A stretch of 64,000 bases of DNA, taken from assembly GCA_031553705.1 (NCBI GenBank), contig JAVBLD010000033.1, positions 10,054 to 74,053 on the forward strand, given 5' to 3'. The position numbers and the translations under genes are program-made. Position 1 is the first letter of the stretch. The number at the start of each line of letters is the position of its first letter. Under the pieces are notes generated by a model. The model was not told where the DNA came from, did no database searches, and worked only from the letters and a program-made list of their open reading frames with translations. This DNA is from Marinifilaceae bacterium (GTDB lineage Bacteria; Bacteroidota; Bacteroidia; Bacteroidales; Marinifilaceae). Below are positions 48,223 to 57,003 of the stretch, piece after piece.

Positions 48223-50460
48223 TTATTTAAACAGAACATTTTTAAGCTTTTGATATAGGAATGAGAGTACCAGTAAAATGATACCTAATACAATGAAAAC
48301 GATAATCTTACCTACCGTCGGCAATAACCATAGATCGAATAATAATAGTTTTCCGAGTACAATCCCAAAAGTAAAAAGACTAATAATCCGGAGTACTTTT
48401 ATATGCAATTTCATACCCAGTGTCATTTGTATAAAACCAGTCAAAGTTAGGGCAATAGAGAAGCCGGCGCTGAATTCATCCAATTGAATCTGGTCAACCA
48501 GACTGGCCGTTGCTATAATAACCAGGACAGTTGACAGGATATTGAGATATACCATGAAACCGTTGGTTGATTTTAAATGGTAATCATGGATCCGATAATA
48601 TTGCCGGGATATATATACCATATTAGTAACAATTGCAGCCAAAAATAACCAGGATAGACAACCCGGCAACAGAGATGTCCAGGTAGCACCGATCGTTAGA
48701 TAGGCATTTAAGTATAGATATGCATCTAATCCCATGCCGGTGAGGTATACATACATATATCCGGCTATCGGGAAACGTTTTTTCAGTCCGTATCCCAATA
48801 GTAAAATAGTTACAGCGGTAAACAGATACCTGGCATTTGACGATGTTGCCATATCGGCGATATGCTGGTAAAATTCGAACATGAAAGCGTAATAGCCGGT
48901 CAGGCAAGAGGCGATGATAGCTATTGCACTCATTGGGATATATGTAATGAGACGGGTTGTTGTAAATAGCGTTTTATTTTGTTTGAGAATAAAAGCATAA
49001 ACACCCATTGCCCCGGCAACAAAAATATTGGTGGCAAAATGGCTGTTCAGGAATATCCGTTCAGGAACGAAATCAGCAGACTGAGAAATATCCATACAAT
49101 ATGATACGAAAGTGAATAGCAGCATAATGGCTGAAAAATATTTATATATACGAGTTTCAGACCGGGAGAACAACCATAGTAAGAGCACGGTTTCGGAAGC
49201 CCAGAATAGAGTGATGTGATTTCCTTCGAGTTGTAGCGGAACAGTAATCGAAACAAAGGTGATAATCACCCCTAATAAGGCATGAATCAGTAATTTATAA
49301 TCGATTTGCTTGATTTTTAGCCAAAGGATAAGGATCAGGTTTACGATTGCCACGAATAATGATAGGATACCGTCCAACTTATATAATATGCCGGTATGGT
49401 TTAGAAAGAATAATCCAAAGGCCAAGTATACAAAGTTATTAATGACAATAGTTGAAAGCAGGAATCTTGTAGTCTTTGAACTGCTGCTGCGGATTACCGA
49501 TATAATCGGCAACAGGAAAATCAAGTAAAAGAATGTTGCAAATAACAGTAGGTGTAATGCATTGTGCGGAACAATGGCGGCCGAAAGGGTATATACCGTC
49601 ATAATCAGCCAGCTAAAAGCAAAAGAGAGTATCGGAAGTTCTGCCCATTTTTTATAAATCGACAGCATAAACATCCCCACATTAAGAACCGCAATGTAAG
49701 TAAAGAGTACAATATAGTTGCCTTCACCACTGCTGACCAGAAACGGAGCGAGGAATCCCCCGGTTAAAGATATAATGGCCAGTTCCCGCCGGTTATATAT
49801 TATGGCCACTCCACTCATCAGGATGGTTATAACAATGAGAAGGATAAAGGCTACCGATTGGGAGAACAAATGATAATAGTGATAGGCGATCGCGACAGTA
49901 ACATAAAAGATTGCAAATGCTCCGCCCGCGAGGAGGGAGCTGAAAGTACGGTATTTCTGGTGTAATCGCTGGGCGAAAAAAAGTAAAACTCCCCCTACGG
50001 CAAAGCCGAGTATGGTGCGTAATGTTTCATTGATCCATTCGTTATCAATAGCATATTTAACAAACAGTCCCATTCCGATCACTAAGATTAGAATACCGAT
50101 TTTACCGAATAGATTCTCACCGATATATTTCTCATAGTTAACCTGTTTTCGGAGTTTTGGTTCCCGGGGAAGGACAGGAACTACCGGTTTGGGTTGGCTG
50201 ATAACCTTTTCTACAGGTGCTTTAACAGGAATAAGAGGCGTTGCCGGTTTTTCGAGAATATCTTCTTTGGGTTTAGCTATTGCCGGCTCTGTTTGCTGAG
50301 TAATCGGCTCCTGGGTTTTTTCCGGGACTTGCGTCAATGATTTTCGTAATCGGATGCTCTCTTTTTTTAGAATCTCCATATCGGAGATTATTCTGCTCAT
50401 CTTATTGCCCAGTATGATCCATACGACCACAATCAAGACGATAATAATAAATTCCATCAT
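48223..50460 (-). CDS. DUF2339 family polytopic membrane protein
   Basis: An N-terminal TM segment, a coiled-coil segment, a Pro/Lys-rich linker, then E..IGENLFGKIGILILVIGMGLFVKYAID followed by roughly 18-20 TM helices. Confidence 0.7.
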   Translation of the reverse strand: MMEFIIIVLIVVVWIILGNKMSRIISDMEILKKESIRLRKSLTQVPEKTQEPITQQTEPAIAKPKEDILEKPATPLIPVKAPVEKVISQPKPVVPVLPREPKLRKQVNYEKYIGENLFGKIGILILVIGMGLFVKYAIDNEWINETLRTILGFAVGGVLLFFAQRLHQKYRTFSSLLAGGAFAIFYVTVAIAYHYYHLFSQSVAFILLIVITILMSGVAIIYNRRELAIISLTGGFLAPFLVSSGEGNYIVLFTYIAVLNVGMFMLSIYKKWAELPILSFAFSWLIMTVYTLSAAIVPHNALHLLLFATFFYLIFLLPIISVIRSSSSKTTRFLLSTIVINNFVYLAFGLFFLNHTGILYKLDGILSLFVAIVNLILILWLKIKQIDYKLLIHALLGVIITFVSITVPLQLEGNHITLFWASETVLLLWLFSRSETRIYKYFSAIMLLFTFVSYCMDISQSADFVPERIFLNSHFATNIFVAGAMGVYAFILKQNKTLFTTTRLITYIPMSAIAIIASCLTGYYAFMFEFYQHIADMATSSNARYLFTAVTILLLGYGLKKRFPIAGYMYVYLTGMGLDAYLYLNAYLTIGATWTSLLPGCLSWLFLAAIVTNMVYISRQYYRIHDYHLKSTNGFMVYLNILSTVLVIIATASLVDQIQLDEFSAGFSIALTLTGFIQMTLGMKLHIKVLRIISLFTFGIVLGKLLLFDLWLLPTVGKIIVFIVLGIILLVLSFLYQKLKNVLFK

Positions 50461-50505
50461 ATTTTAAAGGATTACAAATTCAGAAACAGATTCCTTAATA
50501 AAAAT

Positions 50506-50526
50506 GCCATGGGAAAAACCCATGGC
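50506..50526 (-). terminator. intrinsic terminator between the M49-like peptidase gene and the DUF2339 gene
   Basis: GCCATGGG, loop aaaaa, CCCATGGC. On the minus strand the hairpin is followed by ATTTTT. Confidence 0.65.
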
Positions 50527-50532
50527 GTTTTG

Positions 50533-52185
50533 TTATAGCCCTAGTACGCTGATGCCCTGTCGAAAGAAAATGTCTTTCGGAATTCTGGCTCCGGCAATTT
50601 TGTCCAGATCCTGTTGCAAAACCGGGGTTATGATCCCTTGCTCCGCAACGAGCCTTGCGGCTTCATCATAGTTGCCGTCTCCTTCGATCGTGATGTATTT
50701 ACCGGCGATTGTGGCAATATCTTTCTTCATTTGATCAAAATGTATTGTATAGTAACCGGATTGCTCATCCCTGGTAATTGCTCCGCTTTCGGTAAATTGG
50801 GCAAATTGCATCATATTGGCTTTGCCGTGGGCGCTTGCCGCTCCGAAGCGGGTAGAACGAAAAATACCTGCAATAAAGGTCACGTAGTTGTCCATCAGAT
50901 CTTTATCTGAAATAATACCCCATTCCGATAACTTGGTAATGCAATAAAGCCCCAGGATATCCGCTTTTCCCTCTTCGATAGATGTATATTTATCTTTTAG
51001 GGCCGAACGAATATCTTGCTTATTGCTGATAGTGTAATTTACACCCAGTCCGTGGGCCACTTCATGAAACATGGTGTTCTCAAAAAATGCGTCAAATTTG
51101 ATATGCTTTTGCTGCTCGGGATGGATAACCAATTTAGAAATAGGAATCAGTATCTTATCAAATTTTGCCTGCATTGCATTTTTTAATTGCAGTTTACGGC
51201 TTCCCTTTGCTGCATGTACTCTAGGATCATTCGGCAGGTTAATGGCAATGTTTTTACTTCCGGCGTTGCAATCGCCTGCATAATAGATCACCTCGTATGC
51301 ATTCATGTCCGGATTGGCGTTGGCTTTCTCTGTCCTGTACTTGGGATCTGTCGGTAGATTTTCCTGTAACTTAGGCAAATATTGTGCATAGAGCGACAAT
51401 TTTTTGCTCCACTCTTTGTCTTTTATCAGGATTTGGCCCGAATGGGCCGCTTTGTATCCGTATAATGCATCTTCATAAGTTTCGATGGGACCGACCACAA
51501 AATCAATCGTATTGTCCTGCATATCCATCCATGCCATATCACTTGCAAGATAATCATCGGTTAGTAAGGCTTCTGCTCTTAATTCCAGATACTTCTTTAA
51601 TCCTGCATCATCGGCCAGGGTCGCTGCTTCTTTTAGTAATGTTGCGGCTTTTTGGGTTTGTTCCGGATAGGCTTCGTGGAATGGAACGACTTTCAAAGCA
51701 CCGTTCTCATCCCGGCGGATAATGCTGTACCAGTCGGTTTTACGCGAATCGGCCAACGCTTCGAATTCCCCCTTGGTCATATCCACAGGATAGAAGTTCG
51801 CTCCCAACGGTTTGGCCGAGATCCCTTCTATAAACGGTTTATTGTCATTAAGCCTGTCCCATGGACCGTAATTTATATTCAGGTATTTGATCAATGCAGA
51901 ATCAGTTACATTTTCAAATAATTTGGTCTTATCACCATAAGCGTTATGCCAAAAGATCTCTTCCATAAGATCAGCCGTCTGGATCAGAAGCGGGATCATC
52001 TTTTTTTCATTCTCGGTCAGTTTATTTACATCTGCGGTGAGGGTAAATTCAGCATACTGATCGGCCAACTCCTGATAAGAAAAAGTCGCGGCCGCTTTTT
52101 TTGTCTCTTTGCAAGCTCCGAAAAGAACTCCAATTGTTAAAAAAAATATTACTTTTTTCATCTGCAAACTGATATATTTGTTCAT
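50533..52185 (-). CDS. zinc metallopeptidase related to family M49 (DPP III-like), lipoprotein
   Basis: FHEVAHGLG (HExxH) and a downstream IEEGKADILG (EExKAD-type second motif). The lipobox is LFGAC. Confidence 0.55.
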   Translation of the reverse strand: MNKYISLQMKKVIFFLTIGVLFGACKETKKAAATFSYQELADQYAEFTLTADVNKLTENEKKMIPLLIQTADLMEEIFWHNAYGDKTKLFENVTDSALIKYLNINYGPWDRLNDNKPFIEGISAKPLGANFYPVDMTKGEFEALADSRKTDWYSIIRRDENGALKVVPFHEAYPEQTQKAATLLKEAATLADDAGLKKYLELRAEALLTDDYLASDMAWMDMQDNTIDFVVGPIETYEDALYGYKAAHSGQILIKDKEWSKKLSLYAQYLPKLQENLPTDPKYRTEKANANPDMNAYEVIYYAGDCNAGSKNIAINLPNDPRVHAAKGSRKLQLKNAMQAKFDKILIPISKLVIHPEQQKHIKFDAFFENTMFHEVAHGLGVNYTISNKQDIRSALKDKYTSIEEGKADILGLYCITKLSEWGIISDKDLMDNYVTFIAGIFRSTRFGAASAHGKANMMQFAQFTESGAITRDEQSGYYTIHFDQMKKDIATIAGKYITIEGDGNYDEAARLVAEQGIITPVLQQDLDKIAGARIPKDIFFRQGISVLGL

Positions 52186-52187
52186 TA

Positions 52188-54275
52188 TTAATTTTTAGCA
52201 GGTTTAAGCCATTTATCCAGCCATGCTGCGAAGGTGCGTTGCCATAATATACCGTTCTGGCATCCGAGCACCCAATGGGATTCTTCCGGGAAGTACAGAT
52301 ATTGGGCCGGAATGCCGCGCATTCTGGCTACGTTGAAAGCTGCCATCCCCTGAGATACATCGATCCGGAAATCTTTCTGGCCGTGGATAACTAATATAGG
52401 GGTGTCCCAGTTACCCACAAACAGGTCCGGAGAATTGACAAAAGTGCGTTGGGCAATTTTGTTGCTCTTTTCCCATGGCGCACCGCCCATATCCCAATTG
52501 GCAAACCACATCTCTTCAGTGGTATAATATTGCATTTTTAGATCGAAGATACCGCAATGGGCTATAAAAGCCTTAAAACGTTTCTGATGGTGTCCGGCAA
52601 GATAATAGACCGAATAACCGCCATACGATGCTCCGATACAGCCCAGGCGGTCGGCATCAACATAGGGTTCTTTTTTAACTTCATCGATAGCGGACAGGTA
52701 ATCTTTGATATTCTGTCCTGAATAGTCACCGCTAATCTGTTCGAGCCATTCCTGCCCAAATCCGGGAAGTCCTCTGCGGTTTGGTGCAACAATGATATAA
52801 CCGTTGGCTGCCATCATCTGGAAATTCCAGCGATAACTCCAGAATTGGCTTACCGTGCTTTGCGGACCGCCTTCGCAATAAAGGATTGTCGGATATTTTT
52901 TATTCGGATCGAAATGGGGAGGATAGATTATCCACACCAGCATATCCTTATTATCGGTGGTTTTTACCAAACGTTTTTCCACTTTTCCCATTTCCAGTTG
53001 CGAAAGCAGGTTGCGGTTTACGAATGAAAGTTCTTCATCTTTGCCGTCTTTCGGATCCACTTTATAAATTTCGGCTGGCTTACTCATCGATACTTTGGTG
53101 GCGATCAATATATCGCCTGCCGGAATCACGGAAGTATAATTGTGTACTCCTTCCGTATGTTTCCTTATTTTCAGGTCATCCATATTCAACGAATAGATCT
53201 CGTCTGTCGCATGATAGTCTGATATAAACCAGATGGTTTTACTATCCGCACTCCATGCCAGATGGGTCACATGTTGGTCAAGTTCCATTGAATAATCCTG
53301 CTTTTCACTGCTCTCCAGAGCCATAATATAGAGCCGGATTTTATCGGCTTCATACCCGTCACGCTCCATACTTTCCCATGCAAGCCACTTTCCGTCCGGA
53401 GAAATCACAGGATTTTGGTCGTATCCCATCATTCCATCTGTCAGGTTTACTGTTTTTTGAGTTTCCAGATTATAGGAATATAGATCACTATTGGTCGATT
53501 CGGCATAATCGATACCCTCTTTTTTACGCGAGGTGTAGATCAGATTTTTGCAGTCCTTCGTCCATGCCAGTTGCTCCACTCCACCCCAGGGACGCACCGG
53601 CGACTCCCATTTTTCTCCTTCCATGATGTCTTTTCCGGATTTAATGGAATGGGAGGGTGAGTAATCGGCAATAAAAATATGGGTATATCCGTCCACCCAG
53701 TCATTCCAATGACGGTAAAATTGATTGTTAATAATCCGGGCTTTGGCTTTCGGTAGATCGGGATAGAGATCCTGTACGGTCGGTTCGAGTTTCACATCTT
53801 TCAGGTAAACGATTTTTGATCCATCCGGGGCATAAAGATAGCCATTGATTCCTCCTTCGATATCAGTTACTTGGCGGATACCTGTACCATCCGGGTTTAT
53901 CTCCCAAAGTTGTCCTTTTGCCATATAGGCTATCCGTTTTCCGTCGGGAGTCCACGTGGGTTCCGATTCGTTTTGCCCGGTATTGGTGACTTGAGTTATT
54001 TCACCATCAGCTATCGACAGCGTGTACAAGTCGGTATAGGAACGGTCCTCTTCTTTATTGAAATAGGTTATAGAGTATACCAATGTCTTTAAATCAGGCG
54101 AAATACAGACTCCACCGATTCGGCCGAAAGACCATAACACCTCTGGCGTCATAACATCGGACGCCAATTTCAGATCGGGCATTTTATAACCTCTGGAGGT
54201 GTCGCCGGAACCATTCTTACGATCGCAAGCCATAAGGGATAGTAATATTAAAGTAGGATATAATATTTTATACAT
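52188..54275 (-). CDS. S9 family serine peptidase with an N-terminal beta-propeller
   Basis: Lipobox SLMAC, PD40/TolB-like repeats, nucleophile GASYGG, HGQKDFRID and ESHWV. Its stop is 2 nt before the M49-like gene's start. Confidence 0.85.
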   Translation of the reverse strand: MYKILYPTLILLSLMACDRKNGSGDTSRGYKMPDLKLASDVMTPEVLWSFGRIGGVCISPDLKTLVYSITYFNKEEDRSYTDLYTLSIADGEITQVTNTGQNESEPTWTPDGKRIAYMAKGQLWEINPDGTGIRQVTDIEGGINGYLYAPDGSKIVYLKDVKLEPTVQDLYPDLPKAKARIINNQFYRHWNDWVDGYTHIFIADYSPSHSIKSGKDIMEGEKWESPVRPWGGVEQLAWTKDCKNLIYTSRKKEGIDYAESTNSDLYSYNLETQKTVNLTDGMMGYDQNPVISPDGKWLAWESMERDGYEADKIRLYIMALESSEKQDYSMELDQHVTHLAWSADSKTIWFISDYHATDEIYSLNMDDLKIRKHTEGVHNYTSVIPAGDILIATKVSMSKPAEIYKVDPKDGKDEELSFVNRNLLSQLEMGKVEKRLVKTTDNKDMLVWIIYPPHFDPNKKYPTILYCEGGPQSTVSQFWSYRWNFQMMAANGYIIVAPNRRGLPGFGQEWLEQISGDYSGQNIKDYLSAIDEVKKEPYVDADRLGCIGASYGGYSVYYLAGHHQKRFKAFIAHCGIFDLKMQYYTTEEMWFANWDMGGAPWEKSNKIAQRTFVNSPDLFVGNWDTPILVIHGQKDFRIDVSQGMAAFNVARMRGIPAQYLYFPEESHWVLGCQNGILWQRTFAAWLDKWLKPAKN

Positions 54276-54337
54276 AATATCAGTAATGATCGGGTTTTAT
54301 ATAATATAACCGGGCAAACTTTACCGTCCGTCCGGCA

Positions 54338-55393
54338 TTATTCCATTTTATCTGCCTTATTCGTTTTTCCAGTTGCGGGAGTATTCTTCTCAGCGGTGTT
54401 CATCGCTTCGATAATTTTCTGTTTTAACTCTTCGGCCAGTTCCGGATTATCCATCACTAATTGTTTTACTGTTTCACGGCCTTGTCCGAGTTTGTTCTCT
54501 CCGTAAGAAAACCAGCTGCCGCTCTTTTTGATCACGTTGTATTCTACGCCCAGATCAACAATCTCTCCTGAAAGCGAGATGCCTTCTCCATACATGATAT
54601 CAAACTCTGCTTTTTTAAAGGGAGGTGCTACTTTGTTTTTTACTACTTTCACGCGGGTATGGCTTCCCAGTACTTCTTCTCCGTCTTTGATCGGTCCGAT
54701 TTTCCGGATATCCAACCGTACGGAAGAGTAAAACTTCAATGCATTTCCTCCGGTTGTTGTTTCCGGATTGCCGAACATCACGCCGATCTTATCCCTTAAC
54801 TGGTTGATAAAGATACAGCAGGTGTTCGTTTTGCTGATTGTTCCGGTCAGTTTCCGTAATGCCTGAGACATCAAGCGGGCTTGTAATCCCATGACACTGC
54901 CACCCATGTCGCCTTCAATTTCGGCTTTGGGCGTAAGTGCTGCTACGGAGTCAATGACAATAATATCGATAGCGGAAGAACGGATAAGCTGCTCAGCAAT
55001 CTCCAACGCCTGTTCGCCGTTATCCGGCTGGGAGATAAATAGGTTATCGGTGTCTACACCTAATTTTTCGGCATACGTACGATCAAAAGCATGTTCCGCA
55101 TCAATGATAGCCGCAATGCCACCTTGTTTTTGTACTTCTGCAATGGCATGAATCGCCAATGTCGTTTTACCGGATGATTCCGGTCCGTAAATTTCGATTA
55201 CACGTCCTCTCGGATAACCACCTACTCCGAGGGCTTTGTCCAGACCAATCGAGCCGGAGGGGATAACCGGTACATTTTCTACCCGGTTATCACCGAGTTT
55301 CATAATACTTCCCTTTCCGAAATTTTTCTCGATTTTATCGAGTGTAAGTTGAAGTGCTTTTAATTTTTCCTGATTGGTTTCTTTTGATGCCAT
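54338..55393 (-). CDS. recA: recombinase RecA
   Basis: Walker [10 protein letters not shown], plus IIDAEHA, VVDSVAAL and FINQ.R motifs. Confidence 0.97.
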   Translation of the reverse strand: MASKETNQEKLKALQLTLDKIEKNFGKGSIMKLGDNRVENVPVIPSGSIGLDKALGVGGYPRGRVIEIYGPESSGKTTLAIHAIAEVQKQGGIAAIIDAEHAFDRTYAEKLGVDTDNLFISQPDNGEQALEIAEQLIRSSAIDIIVIDSVAALTPKAEIEGDMGGSVMGLQARLMSQALRKLTGTISKTNTCCIFINQLRDKIGVMFGNPETTTGGNALKFYSSVRLDIRKIGPIKDGEEVLGSHTRVKVVKNKVAPPFKKAEFDIMYGEGISLSGEIVDLGVEYNVIKKSGSWFSYGENKLGQGRETVKQLVMDNPELAEELKQKIIEAMNTAEKNTPATGKTNKADKME

Positions 55394-55439
55394 ATTATAT
55401 TAAATTTTAAATATTCTATCGACCTGTGTGTACGTTATA

Positions 55440-55889
55440 TTATATGATCTGTGCTACTGGGTTTTTGGTATCTACTTTTGTGATTACTTTTATAATAGTT
55501 CCGTTTTCATCAATAACAAAGGTCGTACGCAACACTCCCATATATTTTCGCCCATACATCGACTTCTCCGCCCATACACCATAAGTTTCGAGGATTGTTT
55601 TTTCGGTATCGGCGATCAGATTGAAAGAGAGATTGTATTTAGCAATGAATTTCAAATGAGAACTGATTGAATCAGGGCTGATCCCGACGATATCATATCC
55701 TTTTCCGGTCAGGGCGGCATAGTTATCGTTCAGATTACAGGCCTCTGCTGTACAACCGGATGTATCGTCTTTCGGATAGAAATAAAGTATTAGCTTCTTA
55801 CCTTTGAGGTTGTTCAAAGAAATCTTTTCCCCATTCTGATTTACGCCTTCAAAATAAGGAGCCTTATCGCCTTCTTTTAATGATACCAT
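55440..55889 (-). CDS. bcp: thioredoxin-dependent thiol peroxidase (peroxiredoxin Bcp)
   Basis: FYPKDDTSGCTAEAC (Cys-x4-Cys) and the 149-aa length. A minus-strand TACTTTTG box lies at plus coordinates 55965-55972. Confidence 0.9.
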   Translation of the reverse strand: MVSLKEGDKAPYFEGVNQNGEKISLNNLKGKKLILYFYPKDDTSGCTAEACNLNDNYAALTGKGYDIVGISPDSISSHLKFIAKYNLSFNLIADTEKTILETYGVWAEKSMYGRKYMGVLRTTFVIDENGTIIKVITKVDTKNPVAQII

Positions 55890-56043
55890 CGTTTTATATC
55901 TTTAATTAAATAAATGAAAATATAATAGGCAACTATAATAACGGCATTAATAAAACCATTTTTGCAAAAGTATAACTTTTTTCCCAAAAGCGATATTTTA
56001 AATCTAAATTTCGATAATAGAAACATTTTGTAGGAGAAAACGG

Positions 56044-56051
56044 TATCTTTG
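56044..56051 (+). promoter_or_regulatory. Bacteroides-type -7 promoter box (TATCTTTG)
   Basis: Matches TAnnTTTG, 22 nt upstream of the ATG at 56074. Confidence 0.45.
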
Positions 56052-56073
56052 TGTGGGGTAAAAACAGTCATAT

Positions 56074-56394
56074 ATGATGGAATTTATAGAAATATATAAT
56101 TTAACAGGGTTACTTATCGGAATAAGTACTTTTTTGATTATTGGATTGTTTCATCCGGTGGTGATTAAAGCCGAATACTATATCGGTACCGGTTGTTGGT
56201 GGGTATTTTTGCTATTAGGGATAGCGGGTACCGCAGGAGCATTGTTAATACATCATGTGCTTTGGTCGTCGCTATTGGGTGTGTTTGCCTTCTCTTCTTT
56301 CTGGACGATCCTGGAACTGTTTGAACAGCGGGAGAGAGTAAGAAAAGGCTGGTTTCCGATGAATCCGAGAAGAAAAAACAAGTATGGGCAGTGA
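56074..56394 (+). CDS. DUF4491 family membrane protein
   Basis: 106 aa. ..FLIIGLFHPVVIKAEYY.G..CWW.FLL.G and FW.I.ELFEQ..RV.KGWFP.NP match my recollection of DUF4491. Confidence 0.6.
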   Translation: MMEFIEIYNLTGLLIGISTFLIIGLFHPVVIKAEYYIGTGCWWVFLLLGIAGTAGALLIHHVLWSSLLGVFAFSSFWTILELFEQRERVRKGWFPMNPRRKNKYGQ

Positions 56395-56452
56395 GCGTAA
56401 AGCCTTACTATGCGATAATACTATAAAATAGCGTGGTATAAAGTATAAAATA

Positions 56453-56866
56453 ATGGACTATATTAAATTATTGACGGATAGTTGTCGGAATACGCTGGTA
56501 GAGCGTTTGGGAATAGAGTTTACTGCAATCGGAGAAGGATGGATGGAGGCACGAATGCCGCTGGATGAACGTACTTGCCGTCCTGACGGCGCTTTGCATG
56601 GCGGGGCAAATATGGCTTTGGCCGAAACGGTGGCCGGTGCATTAGGCAGCATATCAGTGCCGTTGGAACAGCGGTTTAATATTTACGGAATAGAGATAAA
56701 TGGGAATCATATAAAAAAAGCAACCGGTAATTATGTTATTGCCAGGGCTTCATTTATACATAAAGGTAATCGTACTCAGGTGGTGAGCGTCGAGATACAT
56801 GATGAAACCGGAGCGTTAATAACAATGAGTCGGGTCACTAATATGTTGGTGACGGCAAATCATTAG
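56453..56866 (+). CDS. PaaI-family hotdog-fold acyl-CoA thioesterase
   Basis: LHGGANMALAETVAG and a central helix/beta-sheet pattern. The 137-aa size is typical of PaaI / DHNA-CoA thioesterases. Confidence 0.8.
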   Translation: MDYIKLLTDSCRNTLVERLGIEFTAIGEGWMEARMPLDERTCRPDGALHGGANMALAETVAGALGSISVPLEQRFNIYGIEINGNHIKKATGNYVIARASFIHKGNRTQVVSVEIHDETGALITMSRVTNMLVTANH

Positions 56867-57003
56867 AAAAAGAATGTTTTTTAGATTATTTAAAAACCAA
56901 TAAATCGAATCTAAAATTATTATCTTTGTCTCCTGATTGTATGGTCTTCGAATAATATAACTAAAGCAATAGATTATAAGACTGCATATTAAAATATTAA
57001 AAA

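Noticed and set aside
56867-57003. purL 5' leader considered as a purine/ZTP riboswitch.
   Set aside because: The leader downstream of the TATCTTTG box (56921-56928) is short and AT-rich. It lacks the GC-rich pseudoknot sequences of ZTP (pfl) or the conserved purine-riboswitch junction.
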